Below are positions 49,000-61,285 of a DNA stretch of 64,000 nucleotides, piece after piece. Every line of letters starts with the position of its first letter. Position 1 is the stretch's first letter. Source of the DNA: Squalus acanthias (taxonomy: Eukaryota); the NCBI GenBank assembly GCA_030390025.1, contig CM059433.1:9364001-9428000 (forward strand), in the 5' to 3' direction. Under the pieces are notes generated by a model. That model was not told where the DNA came from, ran no database searches, and was given only the letters and a program-made list of their open reading frames with translations. Position numbers and translations under genes: made by a program.

Positions 49000-50389
49000 T
49001 TCAAGAATGATCCTTTTCACAGCAATTAAACTTTGCAATTAGACAACCTGCACCTCGTAAAAGGGGAGGTGCATTGTGGCTGCAAGAAGTGGTGGCCGTT
49101 CTTTGAAAACAGAATCTGTGCTCTGATACTTTGAGGAATGGCTGAACATACGAGAGAGCGTGCACCAAGGTTTTCTGACACTGCACCGGAGGTCTTGGTG
49201 CAAAACGCGGAGATAAGGAGAAGCATCTACCCGCAGGAGGCCCTCCAGACATATGCTCAGGAGGAAGTGGGAAGAAGTAGCGGCGGAGGTCCAAGCCAGG
49301 AGTGTAGCTCCAAGAACATGGATGCAGTGCAGAAAAAAGTCTAACGATCTGACTTGAGTTGTCAAGGTGAGTGAGTTCAATCTTCAGGTGGCATATCCTA
49401 CCAACTGCACCATCCACTGCTCAAGTCTCTACACCCACCTACCAACAATCTCTATCAATCAGTACTCAGCCCTTCAATTCATACGGTTTACCTCACCCTC
49501 ACACACTTAGCACTGTTGTATGCCTCATACCCACAACTCACAGCTCGCATAGACTGGCAGATACTCAACCTTGATAGCCACAGGCAATGCTTTCCTTGCC
49601 TTGCTTTGAGGCAACAGTTGTGGCTGCAGCAGTTTGCAGATTTCAGTCACGACCTCTTTTGTGAAGTGAAGACGTCTCATGCATTGGTCTTCACTGAAGT
49701 TGAGGTAAGAGAATTGCTCTCTGAAGACCCTCGGCGGATATGGCCTCCTGCTGAGAGCCCTTCTTCCCCTCCTCCTCCTCCCTCTTCTAGCAGCTTGTCC
49801 TGCTCTGTGTGGCCTCTCTTCATTCTCCCAGTCATGTTCAATTCCCAGAGGAAGTCCTACCAGGCCACCCATGTCTGGAAGCAACGTGTTACAGCACAAG
49901 CTTCTAAATTACCAAAAAACTACTTCAACACCAGCCAGACCACTCCCTGCAGACTATTCAAACTTTAGCCAAGTATAGGAAAGCTCCACTAATGCGTACA
50001 ATTGCACCAGCAGCCAGAAACTATAATCCAGCAACTAACCTATAAATAGTTCATGATCCCTTTAAATAGCGCCGGTGGGGGTTCCTTCATTCCGTTTAAC
50101 GTCGTGTTCAGCCTGTGCGAGGTTAAGACAGGGCGCAGGCTGGAGTGTGGGGTTCGAAAATGGCAGCGCTGGCATCAAATCAGCGTTGCACACTGATATG
50201 CATTATCAACTCGCTGCTCCACATGTTGCCGGCGGTCATTAGGCGCGTGCGCGCGCAAACCCCTTTACCAAGATGGCGTCCTTCGTACTTCCCGTGGGAA
50301 GTGCGCGTGCGCATCTCGGAGCCCATTTTCGATTCTTGTGAGGCCGCGTGGCGCCTAAAAATTGGCGCAGCGCGGCCCAATTTAGCCCC
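49000..50389 (-). mobile_element. Harbinger remnant of another family: Myb exon 1 (+, about 49138-49366) and transposase N-terminus (-, about 49570-49870)
   Basis: MAEHTRERAPRFSD...RTWMQCRKK then GTGAGT; RRPYPPRVFREQFSYLNFSEDQCMRRLHFTKEVVTEICKLLQPQL; terminal CCCAATTTAGCCCC. Confidence 0.85.
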
Positions 50390-50827
50390 ACTGTACCTAA
50401 TGTGCATAAATAATGATTTCAAAATAATTTTCATGCATGAAGGGAGACTCAAAGAAGGAATACGGCGTAAGTTCCGTGCTTTCCTCAGCTCTGATTGTTT
50501 ACGTTGATTTCCACTTCCATATCCTAACGAAATTCTCAGGCAATTTTGGTGCAACTCACCGGTTACACCGTTTCAGGAAATGCCAGGCCAATGTAGAGAG
50601 TCTCATAAATGATGGATTTTAACGGAGTAAAGAAACAGATGTACTGATGAATCGGCGCAGATTTTTCCAGCATATCCCTCATCAGTACAGGTTATTGAAT
50701 CAGTTTATTAGAAAGTTGGGCTTTATTCTGTTTGCCGGCATTACTGTGCATGGGCTGAGGTATTTCCAACGTCCTTGAGTTTCTCCACATGTTAATTAAT
50801 ATTAAAGTGAGTATAATTTGCTGCAAA

Positions 50828-51706
50828 TCCAGTATGATTTGGGCAGGTTGGGTGAATGGCCAGATGCATGGCAGATGCAGTAAAATGTGGATAAATGCGA
50901 GGTTATCCACTTTGGTGGCAAAAACAGGAAGGCAGATTATTATCTGAACGGCAATAGATTGGGAAAAGGGGAAGTGCAACGAGACCTGGGTGTCCTTGTG
51001 CACCAGTCGCTGAAGGTAAGCATGCAGGTGCAGCAGGCGGTTAAGAAGGCAAATGGTATGTTGGCCTTCATAGCGAGAGGATTCGAGTACAGGAGCAAGG
51101 ATGTCTTGCTGCAGTTGTACAGGGCCTTGGTGAGACCACACCTTGAGTATTGTGTGCAGTTTTGGTCGCCTTATCTGAGGAAGGATGTTCTTGCCATGGA
51201 GGGAGTGCAGTGAAGATTCACCAGACTGATACCTGGGATGGCAGGAATGAAGTATGAAGAGAGATTGGGTCGATTGGGCTTGTATTCGCTAGAGTTTAGA
51301 AGAATGAGAGGGGATCTCATTGAAACTTATAAAATTCTAACAGGACTAGACAAACTAGATGCAGGAAGGATGTTCCCGATGGCGGGGGAGTCCAGAACCA
51401 GGGGTCACAGTCTAAAGATAAGGGGTAAGCCATTTAGGACTGAGATGAGGAGGAATTTCTTCACCCAGAGAGTGGTGAACCTGTGGAATTCTATACCACA
51501 GAAGACAGTTGAGTCCAATTCATTAAATATATTCAAGAAGGAGTTAGATATATTTCTTATGGCGAAGGGGATCAAGGGATATGGGGAGAAAGCAGGGATA
51601 GGGTACTGAATTTGGATGATCAGCCATGATCGCATTGAATGGCGGAGCAGGCTCGAGGGGCCGAATGGCCTACTCCTGCTCCTATCTTCTATGTTTCTAT
51701 GTTTCC
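50828..51706 (+). mobile_element. CR1 LINE 3' fragment
   Basis: ORFs 50887..51213 and 51238..51609; tail (TTCTATGT)n. Confidence 0.93.
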
Positions 51707-51726
51707 ATGTTTATTTTTCCTTTCAG

Positions 51727-51906
51727 GAAAACTTTAAGGCTGATCTTAAACCAGCTGCCAGTTTACACTCCCAGCAGTTGCCTTCAGTTGGGGTTCAGTT
51801 TCAGGATCTGCCAATCCCAGTGACCTGTGCAGTGCAACAGAAGGTGGAAGGTAAAGAATGCGAACCACAGAAAGAGGAGGTGCTGACAAAAGAAATGCCT
51901 GTGCAG
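51727..51906 (+). CDS. Exon of unidentified gene (180 bp, phase 0-0)
   Basis: TTTTTCCTTTCAG acceptor, GTAAGC donor; ENFKADLKPAASLHSQQLPSVGVQFQDLPIPVTCAVQQKVEGKECEPQKEEVLTKEMPVQ. Confidence 0.65.
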
Positions 51907-51976
51907 GTAAGCTGGAGCAAGTTCTGTGACTGCAGCCAGTGTGAGGATTAGGGTTCGGTTCTGGTACAAACACATG

Positions 51977-52647
51977 GGGCTGGATTTTGATACTGGGGCG
52001 GGTTGGGGTCGTGTCATCCACTTTTCGTGTTATCCACCCGACTGCAATTGGATGTGGGAGATTGATGCAATTTTCACCTAATTGGGCAATTGAGTTCCAG
52101 CATGTGGGAACCCATGAACCAATTAGTGTTTTCAGTCTGAAAGTCGCCTCTGATGATGTCATCATTGCTGCTGCATTGAAGGTCTTCAGAAACTGCCTGG
52201 CCTTTGCTGTGAGAGGACCTGGATGCAAAATGAGCAGCAGCAGTCCTAAGTCTGCTCCCAGATATTTTTACACCACCACTCCTAGATATGTCTCCTCTCC
52301 ATCCATCCATATATGCATCCCCATAGCCAGCCAGCCTGCCTGCCTCAGCTATCCAAATGTGCTCCCACCAGGTTTCACATTTGTGGTTCAGAACAGGCGA
52401 GCTTCATGTAGAAAAAAGGTTAAAATCACAAAGGCCTTTCAAAATGGCATTATAGAGGCAATTTAGTGCTTGTTAAGGGCCTTAACAGCCTATCCCGCCT
52501 CTTAGAGACGGGACCAGCAGACACGATTTAATGAAAATTGCGTGGAGGCGGGATGGAGGCGGACTTGTGCCCGCCCGCCAGTTTTCGCAATTTTAACCCC
52601 CCACACGCCTCCAAACCCACCTCCACGGGCCAATGAAAATCCAGCCC
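51977..52647. mobile_element. Family C MITE
   Basis: TIRs GGGCTGGATTTT / AAAATCCAGCCC, TSD ATG; very similar to 15728-16391. Confidence 0.92.
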
Positions 52648-53036
52648 ATGGGCTTTGAACTGTGGGAGCGCATTCCTTTTTATTCCACCCTCACCTGGGA
52701 TGGTCGGTAATTCTGGAGCCCTGCCAGCAGTGCGTGACTGCAGTTCATTTTCTGCTCATTGGGCTTCCTAGTTGATTGCCATCCCAGGGTCCTTTTATAC
52801 TGAGGGAGGGATCTCTCGAACCTGGGACTGGCTACGTTACTGGCCTGGACAGGGCAAGTAGTGCCTGGGATAATCCCAGCCAAATTAGAGGGATTAATGT
52901 CCAGCAGATCCCTGTCCAGGACACCCTCCCTTCCGTGTGCTGCAGCTGATAATGTTTGAAGTGATGGGGGGTGGGGGGTGGGTAAGGGGGTTACTGGCAG
53001 CTCACCAGTACCTGACGTGTTGGTGGAGGGAGATAG

Positions 53037-53998
53037 AAAAAAAAAATAGGAGCAGGAGTAGGCCATTCGGCCCTTCGAGCCTGCTCCGCCATTCAACACG
53101 ATCATGGCTGATCCTCTATCTCAATACCATATTCCCGCTCTCTCCCCATACCCCTTGATGCCTTTTGTGTCTAGAAATCTATCAATCTCCTTCTTAAATA
53201 TATTCAGTGACTTGGCCTCCACAGCCTTCTGTGGTAGAGAATTCCACAGGTTCACCACCCTCTGAGTGAAGAAATTTCTCCTCATCTCAGTCCTAAATGT
53301 CCTACCCCGTATCCTGAGACTGTGACCCCTCGTTCTAGACCCTCCAGCCAGGGGAAACATCCTCCCTGCATCCAGTCTGTCTAGCCCTGTCAGAATTTTA
53401 TACGTTTTAATGAGATCCCCTCTCATTCTTCTAAACTCTAGTGAATACAAGCCTCGTCCACCCAATCTCTCCTCATACGACAGTCCTGCCATCCCAGGTG
53501 TCTGGTGAACCTTCGCTGCACTCCCTCTATGGCAAGTATATCCTTTCTTAGGTAAGGAGACCAAAACTGCACACAGTACTCCAGGTGTGGTCTCACCAAG
53601 GCCCTGTATAACTGTAGTAAGACATCCTTGCTCCTGTACTCAAATCCTCTTGCAATGAAGGCCAACATACCATTTGCCTTCCTAACTGCTTGCTGCACCT
53701 CCATGTTTGCTTTCAGTCACTGGTGTACAAGGACACCCAGGTCCCTCTGTACATCAACATTTCCCAATCTATCACCATTTAAATAATACTCTACCTTTCT
53801 GTTTTTCCTACCGAAGTGGATAACTTCACATTTATCCACGTTATACTGCATCTGCCATGTATTTGTCCACTCACTCAACTTGTCTAAATTGCCTTGAAGC
53901 CTCTTTGCATCCTCCTCACAACTCACAATCCCACCTAGTTTCTTGTCGTCAGCAAACTTGGAAATATTACATTTGGTTCCCTCATCCAAATCATTGAT
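53037..53998 (-). mobile_element. CR1 LINE 3' fragment
   Basis: ORFs 53717..53989, 53438..53704, 53121..53564. Confidence 0.93.
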
Positions 53999-54263
53999 CT
54001 ATATGTTATGGTTTGACCGGCTGCAGTTCCTGACTTTTGTCGAATGGGGGTGCTCTTTACCCAGCATCCACGGCTGCAGAGAAACCGCTCTATCTCTGGG
54101 ATTGAATGCTTGCACGGATATATAGATTCAATCCCAGGGATAAAGCGGTTGCTGTGCCGCTATGGATGCTGCGTACAGTAAAGAGCTCGTCATTCCACAA
54201 AAGCCATTTCTTTCACCCGCTGCCACCTCGCACTGACATGCGTGTCCCATGTTTTAAGTTGTA

Positions 54264-54513
54264 TTTTGCTATGTCTTTGATATAATGTCTTCCTGACTGA
54301 CCTGATTGTCTCTCTGCCGAGGTGTGATAAAAGGCAGTCAGAAAGATTAACTGTAGTCGTCTGACATTGTACGCTGCACATGCATTGTTCTATGTCTATA
54401 TATGCTTTGCCGATTCGTATTCCTTCACTTCACCTGACGAAGGAGCAGCCGCTCCGAAAGCTTGTGATTTCAAATAAAACTGTTGGACTATAACCTGGTG
54501 TTGTGTGACTTCT
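54264..54513 (+). mobile_element. Second-family Penelope-like fragment with hammerhead motif (54430-54467)
   Basis: Matches 33785-33975; 16-bp direct repeat CATGTTTTAAGTTGTA (54248-54263, 54514-54529). Confidence 0.82.
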
Positions 54514-54689
54514 CATGTTTTAAGTTGTAAGCAGACTTGGTGCATTGAAGGGTGTGCGCGATTTGTAATGTTTTCAGGTACATCTTGAATTTGTTGCAAT
54601 GTAAGTTATTTGGGGACTGTCAATAAGTGTCCGTTTTTCGTACAAGTTTCACTGTATATTTGCTGCCTTTTTTTTCTCCCCCCTGTCAG

Positions 54690-54868
54690 GAAATCTTTAA
54701 GGCTGACCTTAAACCAGCTGCCAGTTTACACTCCCAGCAGTTGCCTTCCGTTGAGGCTCATTTTCAAGATCTGCCAATCCCAGTGACCTGTGCAGTGCAA
54801 CGGAAGGTGGAAGTAAAGAATGTGATCCACAGAACGAGGAGGCGCTGACAAAAGAAATGCCTATGCAG
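54690..54868 (+). pseudogene. Duplicate of the 51727-51906 exon with a 1-bp deletion (179 bp)
   Basis: High similarity, same AG/GTAAGC borders; GGAAGGTAAAG becomes GGAAGTAAAG, giving TGA at 54846-54848. Confidence 0.8.
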
Positions 54869-54931
54869 GTAAGCCGGAGTAAGTTATGCAGCCAGTGTGA
54901 GGATTAGGTTTAGGTACTGGTACATACACTC

Positions 54932-56125
54932 GGGGCTGGAATTTCCCGGATCCCACCTGCGACGGGCGGGAAACGGGTTTCCTGGCACGCTTAACTCCAC
55001 GACGCGCGTGCGACGTCAGAAACTGGGTGGCAGCAGAACAAACTGAACTGCCAACTAGTTGCTGGAGGTCCGCCCACTCCGATTTTCACAGGACCGTGAT
55101 TTAGGCAGCCAGAGCTTTCAGCCGAAGACTGGCGGAGGTCTCCTTAATATATGCAGATTGGGGTCCAAAGACGTTGTCAGGACATCGCCGCCATTTTCAG
55201 CCTTTTCTACATTGTTACCACCAGTTCCTCAACCCCACCCACAAACATGGGTGGCACAAGTTTTAAAAAAAAATTTACTCGTTCCCAGGATGTGGGGCGT
55301 CGTTGGCAAGGCCAGCATTTATTGCCCACCCCTAATTGCTCTTGAGAAGGTGGTGCTGAGCTGCATTTTTGAACCGCTGCAGTCTGTGTGGTGACTTTGT
55401 CATAGTGATTTGATACAACCTGTTCGGGCAGTTAAGAGTCAACCACATTGCTGTGGGTCTGGAGTCACATACAGGCCAGACTGGGTAAGTACTGCAATTT
55501 CCTTCCCTAAAGGACATTAGTGAACCAGTGGGGTTTTTACGACAATCTGATAGTTTCATGGTCACCATGACTGATATTGACTTATTAACTGCAGCTTTAT
55601 TTAATTAATTGAATTTAAATTCTCTCAGCTGCCATGGTGGGATTTGAACTCACCTGCTCCAGATTATTAGTCCAGGCCTGTCTGGATTACTAGTCCAGTA
55701 ACATAACCACTATGCTACCATTCCCCATCTGGAGAAGGATCCTTAGCTTCAGTCAGGGAAAGCTGGAAGTCCATCTGGCATTTATTTTTACTGCGGTCGC
55801 TTATGTGTTTTGAGCCTTAACAGCTTCCGATATGTCGTCTCCTCACTGCTGGTGGTATTGCAGACATTTCCCTGCTGCTTCATTTCACTTCCTGGCTCTT
55901 TCACCCCCCCTGCCCTTTCAGGTGCTGCAGTAGACCCATTAAGATCGGCTGCCCCACCGATTACCCACCCTCCCAATCATCGAGCTGCCTATAAACACCG
56001 CCAGTAGTGCTGGCAGCTCACCTATTCAATGTCAATGAAGCCCGACCAGAAAATGTATTGGGTGGAGCAGATGGACCCGCCCACTGCCCACACACGATAT
56101 ACACTCAGCATGAAAATCGACCCCA
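54932..56125. mobile_element. Degraded Harbinger-type MITE with nested SINE (about 55277-55727, -)
   Basis: Ends GGGGCTGGAATTTC and GAAAATCGACCCC; nested SINE matches 30287-30706. Confidence 0.6.
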
Positions 56126-56186
56126 TTATCACTTTAGCTCTGAACTTTGGGTTTGAATCCAGCCTCGACTGATGGTATGAAAGGTT

Positions 56187-56423
56187 AACAACAACAACAA
56201 CAAATTGTATTTACATAGCACCTTTAACGTAGTAAAACGTCCCAAGGCGCTTCACAGGAGTGTTACAAGACAAAAAATTTGACACCAAGCCACATAAGGA
56301 TAAATTAGGGCAGGTGACCAAAAGCTTGGTCAAAGAGGTAGGTTTTAAGGAGCGTCTTAAAGGAGGAAAGAGAGGTAGCGAGGTGGAGAGGTTTAGGCAG
56401 GTAATTCCAGAGCTTAGGGCCAG
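56187..56423 (-). mobile_element. L2 LINE 3' end with (AAC)n tail
   Basis: CAGGTGACCAAAAGCTTGGTCAAAGAGGTAGGTTTTAAGGAGCGTCTTAAAG, similar to 22760-22860. Confidence 0.8.
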
Positions 56424-56744
56424 AGTTAAGGGTTAAAACTGTCGGGGAAGAGTCGGGGGACCATTATTCTTTCAGCTGGGCTGTACCAGACCTGTGAGTG
56501 TTTCATGTGGAGACTGGATGGAGCCTGGTTTGGGATAACACGTGTGTCCCATCCCTCACCAATAGAGAAACCCTCCAATTTATTTTGTCCTGAGGAGGCA
56601 GCGACCTCAGTCTTCATGCTGCACTGTGCAGGGATGTTCCTCCCAAATACATTCTGAAAATCTGACGTAGCAATGTAAGGACAGACTGGAAATCCACAGC
56701 AGTACGGAGAGAATCACATTCATTCCTCTTGTGTCTAATTCCAG

Positions 56745-56836
56745 GATCCAATGCCCACCATTTGTGTTTCAACTAACCAGGTGCAGAACAACAAGTGTCT
56801 GGCTGAAACACCAATCAATGAAGTCCTGCCAAAGAG
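56745..56836 (+). CDS. Candidate exon of unidentified gene (phase 0 to 2)
   Basis: CTAATTCCAG acceptor, AG|GTTTGG donor; DPMPTICVSTNQVQNNKCLAETPINEVLPK. Confidence 0.55.
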
Positions 56837-57024
56837 GTTTGGTACTGCCTTTCAATTCTCATTCTGAGTAACATTTAAATATTGATAGCTGCTGAAAGAT
56901 AAAGTTAATAAAGTACATAAGCAAAATACTGCGGATGCTGGAAATCTGAAATAAAAAAAGAAAATGCTGGAAACACTCAACAGGTCAGGTAGCATCTGTA
57001 GAGAGAGAGAGAAACAGAGTTAAC

Positions 57025-57471
57025 GAGCTGGATTTTCAATGACTCGTGGAGTCGGGTTTGGAGGCGTGTGGGGGGTTAAAATAGCAAAAAGTGGCGGGCG
57101 GACCTGATCCTGACTCCATTCCGCCTCCACGCAATTTTGACAAAATCGGTCGCGGGGTTCCCGACTCCGTCCCGCCTCCAAGAGGCGGGAGAGGCCATTA
57201 AAGCCCTTAACAAGCCCTAAATTGGCTCTGTAATGCCATTTTGAAATGTTATAGCTAGTTTAACCCTTTTCCGACGTGAAGCACGCCTGATGTGAAACAC
57301 GCCAGTGAAACCTGGCGGGAGCACAAGTGGATAGCTGACTATCAGCTGCAGGTCCACTATTACAACGGAGATGTGATGAAGGTAGTAGTAGTATTAGGTC
57401 TGAAAGTCGCCTCTGATGCTGCTGCATTGAATGTCTTCAGAGACTGCCTGGGAGGACTTGGTTGCAAAAAA

Positions 57472-57520
<49 letters not shown>

Positions 57521-57784
57521 ATGCTGCTCATTTTGCATCCAGGTCCTCTCACAGCAAAGGCCAGGCAGTGTCTGAAAGCCTTCAATGCAGCAGCAATGAT
57601 GACATCATCAGAGGCGACTTTCAGACTGAAACCACTGATTGGTTCATGGGTTCCCACATGCTGGAACTCAATTGCCCAATTAAGTGAAAATTGCATCAAT
57701 TTCCCACATCCAATTGCAGTCGGGTGGATAACACGAAATGCGGATGACACGACCCCAACCCGCCCCAGTATCAAAATCCAGCCC
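57025..57784. mobile_element. Family C MITE inserted in a Penelope pLTR (about 56919-57813)
   Basis: TSD AAC (57022-57024, 57785-57787); internal (CT)n tract at about 57475-57516. Confidence 0.9.
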
Positions 57785-58493
57785 AACGTTTCAGGTCGAT
57801 GACCCTTCGTCAGTTCTGTCTTTATTTAATAAAGTGCATGTTCATTTGCCCAGAAAATGTGCAATCATTTGCATTATTAGCTTGTTGAAAGTATTTATTT
57901 TAATTACGTCTGATTACATTATTGTTTTACTTTAATATTACTGTAAATCTATTTATTTCATTGGAATGTGGTGAATTGCTGAATAATAAAGATGCTCTGT
58001 ATATAAGTATAATTCAACTTTTATACTGTATCCAATGTTCGGTCACTGTGGAATCATTATCAGCACCGTGGTTGTCTGTGTTGGAAAATCACTCGACCAC
58101 TCCTCTGTGTCCTGGTTTTCACCCTGTTCTCTGCTCACCTGTGTATCTGCACATTATGCCAAGTACTGATGAAACTGTCATTGATTTAACTCTGTTTAAC
58201 ATCGCTTTGAAATCAATATTAATTGCTGAGGATGTTACTGTCCTGGATCGAATGGTAATAATAAGACCAGGTATTCTTGTATTGGGCTTTACCACAACAA
58301 AAGCTTTTTGCAGTTGATTTTTCATGTGGTGAAGTGCCCACTGTCACATTTCTCGTCATTCATTATTGTCTAATTATAAATGTATACAGACTGCAGACTT
58401 CTGCACATGTGTGCGCGCTGAAAGTTTCAAAAGTCTTGTGAAACGCTACGATAATTGTACTAATTTTTGACTGTTCCTGGAACTATTTTACAG

Positions 58494-58560
58494 AAAAAAG
58501 AATCTTTCAACCTCTTCGCCCAAAGTATCACCTGTACACACTCCCAGTACAGGCTGTACG
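58494..58560 (+). CDS. Candidate exon of unidentified gene (phase 2 to 0; alternative donor after 58656)
   Basis: TTTTACAG acceptor; KKNLSTSSPKVSPVHTPSTGCT then GTAAAG; frame stays open to CAG|GTATAG at 58656. Confidence 0.5.
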
Positions 58561-59194
58561 GTAAAGATAAAGAGGAGCCCTGTGCTAAATCGGCTGAGCG
58601 CAGGTCACTTCTCAGCGTGGGGCGTAGAAGATGATCAAATCCTATACTATATTCAGGTATAGTAGACAATGGCAGCTGAAGCAGCATTCGACTGTGCCAC
58701 CTCTCGTGAGGTGACAAGCCTTTTCTTTTGCTCAAGTCAGTAGAAGTTCCCATTTTTCTGTGCAACTGTGTTCCAAACCATGAGCTGATCAAATTGATTT
58801 TTGCAAAACGTACATTTTGGTTAGAAAAACTAGTTCCCCCCCACGTATTGAAGAGTATGCTAACGGCTATCCTGATGGCTCAGAGGTTTATAACAAAAAG
58901 TCTGTTTCTGAGCAGGTCCCAGTTCAATCAGCGGTCTGTGCTGAGTTAGCTAATCTCAGCAAAGGGCCGCAGTAAGGCGACCACAATTGGCCACAACAGG
59001 ACAGTAAGTCAGCATTCCCACTTCTTATCGTGGGACAGCCAACCCTAAGGGGTGTGGATGCCGAGGGATGTCAAGTGAGGACTGGATCAGGCAGAACTGT
59101 GCTGCCCTCTACAGGTACATAGCTCTCTGGTACTTGCTGTCGAGGCTGACACATGAATAAAGTGCAGTTGGGCAAAGTATCGGAGGGCCACGAC

Positions 59195-59359
59195 CAATGT
59201 TCCCCCTAATTTCTCTTTGGGACGCATGGCCCCTTTAATGGGCTGCGCGGCCCGTTCAAACTTCTGCGCGTGCGCGGTTTTTTGCCTTGTGATGCCGGCT
59301 CACGGGCTGAGCGGGATCTCGAGACAGCTACGTGACTATGCAACTTAAAGGGAACGTTG
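59195..59359. mobile_element. Small hAT-like MITE
   Basis: TIRs CAATGTTCCC / GGGAACGTTG; 8-bp flanks GCCACGAC / GTCACCAC (6 of 8 match). Confidence 0.65.
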
Positions 59360-59629
59360 GTCACCACTGCCCATGGGATCTACACTCGTGGGGAAGGCAG
59401 TGACTTAGAGAGAGGGAGGCGAAAGAGAGAAAGTTTAGAATTATTTATATTTAAAAAAAAAGTTCCTTTAATTTATGTAAAGCTTTGTTCCTTAACTTTC
59501 TGCAAATTCTAGTTTGAGTACAGATGTTTCAAATCCCATACTGTAGTTTGCACAACTCATTTATAAAGGTTACAGTTTCCCCTAATGGACTGAAGTCCAA
59601 AAACACAAAATTGCTTTCAGTTCTGTTGG

Positions 59630-60285
59630 AATTGAGACCAACCCAAGCAATTTCACTGGACCAGCCACATAAATGCCATGGCTACTAGAGCAGGTCAGAG
59701 GCCCGTTATTCTGCGGCAAGTGGCTCACCTGCCTGACTCCCCGAAAGCCTCTCTAACACAAGACATAAGTCAGGTAGTGTGATGGAATACTCTCCACTTG
59801 CCTGGATGAGCGCAGCTGCAAAAATACTCCAGAAGCTCGACACCATCCAGGACAAAGCAGCCCGCTTGATTGGCACCCCATCCACCACCTTAAACATTCA
59901 CTCCCTCCACCACCGGCGCACCGTGGCTGCAGTGTGCACCATCTACAAGATGCACTGCAGCAACTCGCCAAGGCTTCTTTGGCAGCACCTCCCAAACCCA
60001 CAACCTCTTCCACCTAGAAGGACAAGGGCAGCAGGCGCATGGGAGCACCACCACCTCCAAGTTCCCCTCCAAGTCACACAACATCCCGACTTGGACATCA
60101 TATCGCCGATCCTTCATCGGTGCTCGGACAAAATCATGGAACCCCCTTCCTAACAACAGCACTGTGGGAGTACCTTCACCACACGGACTGCAATGGTTCA
60201 AGAAGAAGGCCTTCCACCACCTTCTCAAGGGCAACTAGGGTTGGGCAGCAAATACCAACTTTGCCAGTGATTCCCACATCCCCAT
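59630..60285 (+). mobile_element. Zenon-like LINE 3' fragment
   Basis: MEYSPLAWMSAAAKILQKLDTIQDKAARLIG. Confidence 0.88.
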
Positions 60286-60762
60286 TTAAAAAAAAATCTC
60301 AAAGAATCCATGCGATTAGATGATGTGAAAATTGAAAATGTCAAATTGGTGCAGTTGGGAGCGCTCCCAGGCTGAGTTGAGGGTATTTCCTGGGTAGCAG
60401 AGCAGAGGCAGTCCTTCCTTATGGATATTGTGGTCCATAGCATGAAATTGTTTCCGAGTATATTTGCAGACTTGGGTCTCATTCTGCAGTTTGCCTCAAT
60501 ATGCATAACGCTGACTGAAAGTTTACTCCAGAAGAAATGATGAAATGACCACCTGCTGTTCCTTAAACGTGAAAGCAGGACGTGTTGATAAAAACAATCC
60601 AATAGATGAATATTTTAAAAAGGTAGGAAACATACATCTAAAATGGATGAATAAATCCTTTTTAAAAAGGAAAAGAGTAGCATTTTTAAATGAATTGAAA
60701 AGCATTTTTAAAATATTCATGTATTTGTTTTTATCAGCAGTCCTGCTGCCATATTTTTAAGG

Positions 60763-60940
60763 CCAGGTTATAGTCCAACAGCTTTATTTGAAATCACAAG
60801 CTTTCGGAGCGCTGACTTCACCTGACGAAGGAGCAGCGCTCCGAAAGCTTGTGATTTCAAATAAAGCTGTTGGACTATAACCTGGTGTTGTGCGACTTCT
60901 CACATTTGTCCACCCCAGTCCAACACCGGCATCTCCACAT
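60763..60940 (+). mobile_element. Second-family Penelope-like pLTR with short inversion and hammerhead motif (60818-60854)
   Basis: 13-bp direct repeat CATATTTTTAAGG (60750-60762, 60941-60953); 60763-60814 is inverted relative to about 60835-60886. Confidence 0.85.
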
Positions 60941-61224
60941 CATATTTTTAAGGAATAGCAGGTTTGATTGAAATATTTCTTCTCGGGTAAACTTTAAGTT
61001 AGCGATTCACATATTGAGGCAAATTCTGAAATGAGCTCCCAGTCTGCAGATGTACTTGGTGAACTGAGCAGCAATCCTGTTGGTATTGGACTGAATGTTC
61101 GATGATGTGAAGCGCATCCCCGAGAACTTTCTCAATGATGTGCCGAAGGTGAATCTTGACAGCTGAAGTAGTCCTGATCTGACAGAAGGGCAGTCATTTC
61201 ATTCTGTTTCTCCTTCTTTAACAG

Positions 61225-61285
61225 AAAGAGACCAGTGATGCCCGATCTGTGGGGACTGCGTTTGTTCCAACATCTTGTCAAAAAG
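61225..61285 (+). CDS. Candidate exon of unidentified gene (61 bp)
   Basis: Strong pyrimidine tract with CAG acceptor, AG|GTAAAG donor; KETSDARSVGTAFVPTSCQK in phase 0. Confidence 0.55.
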
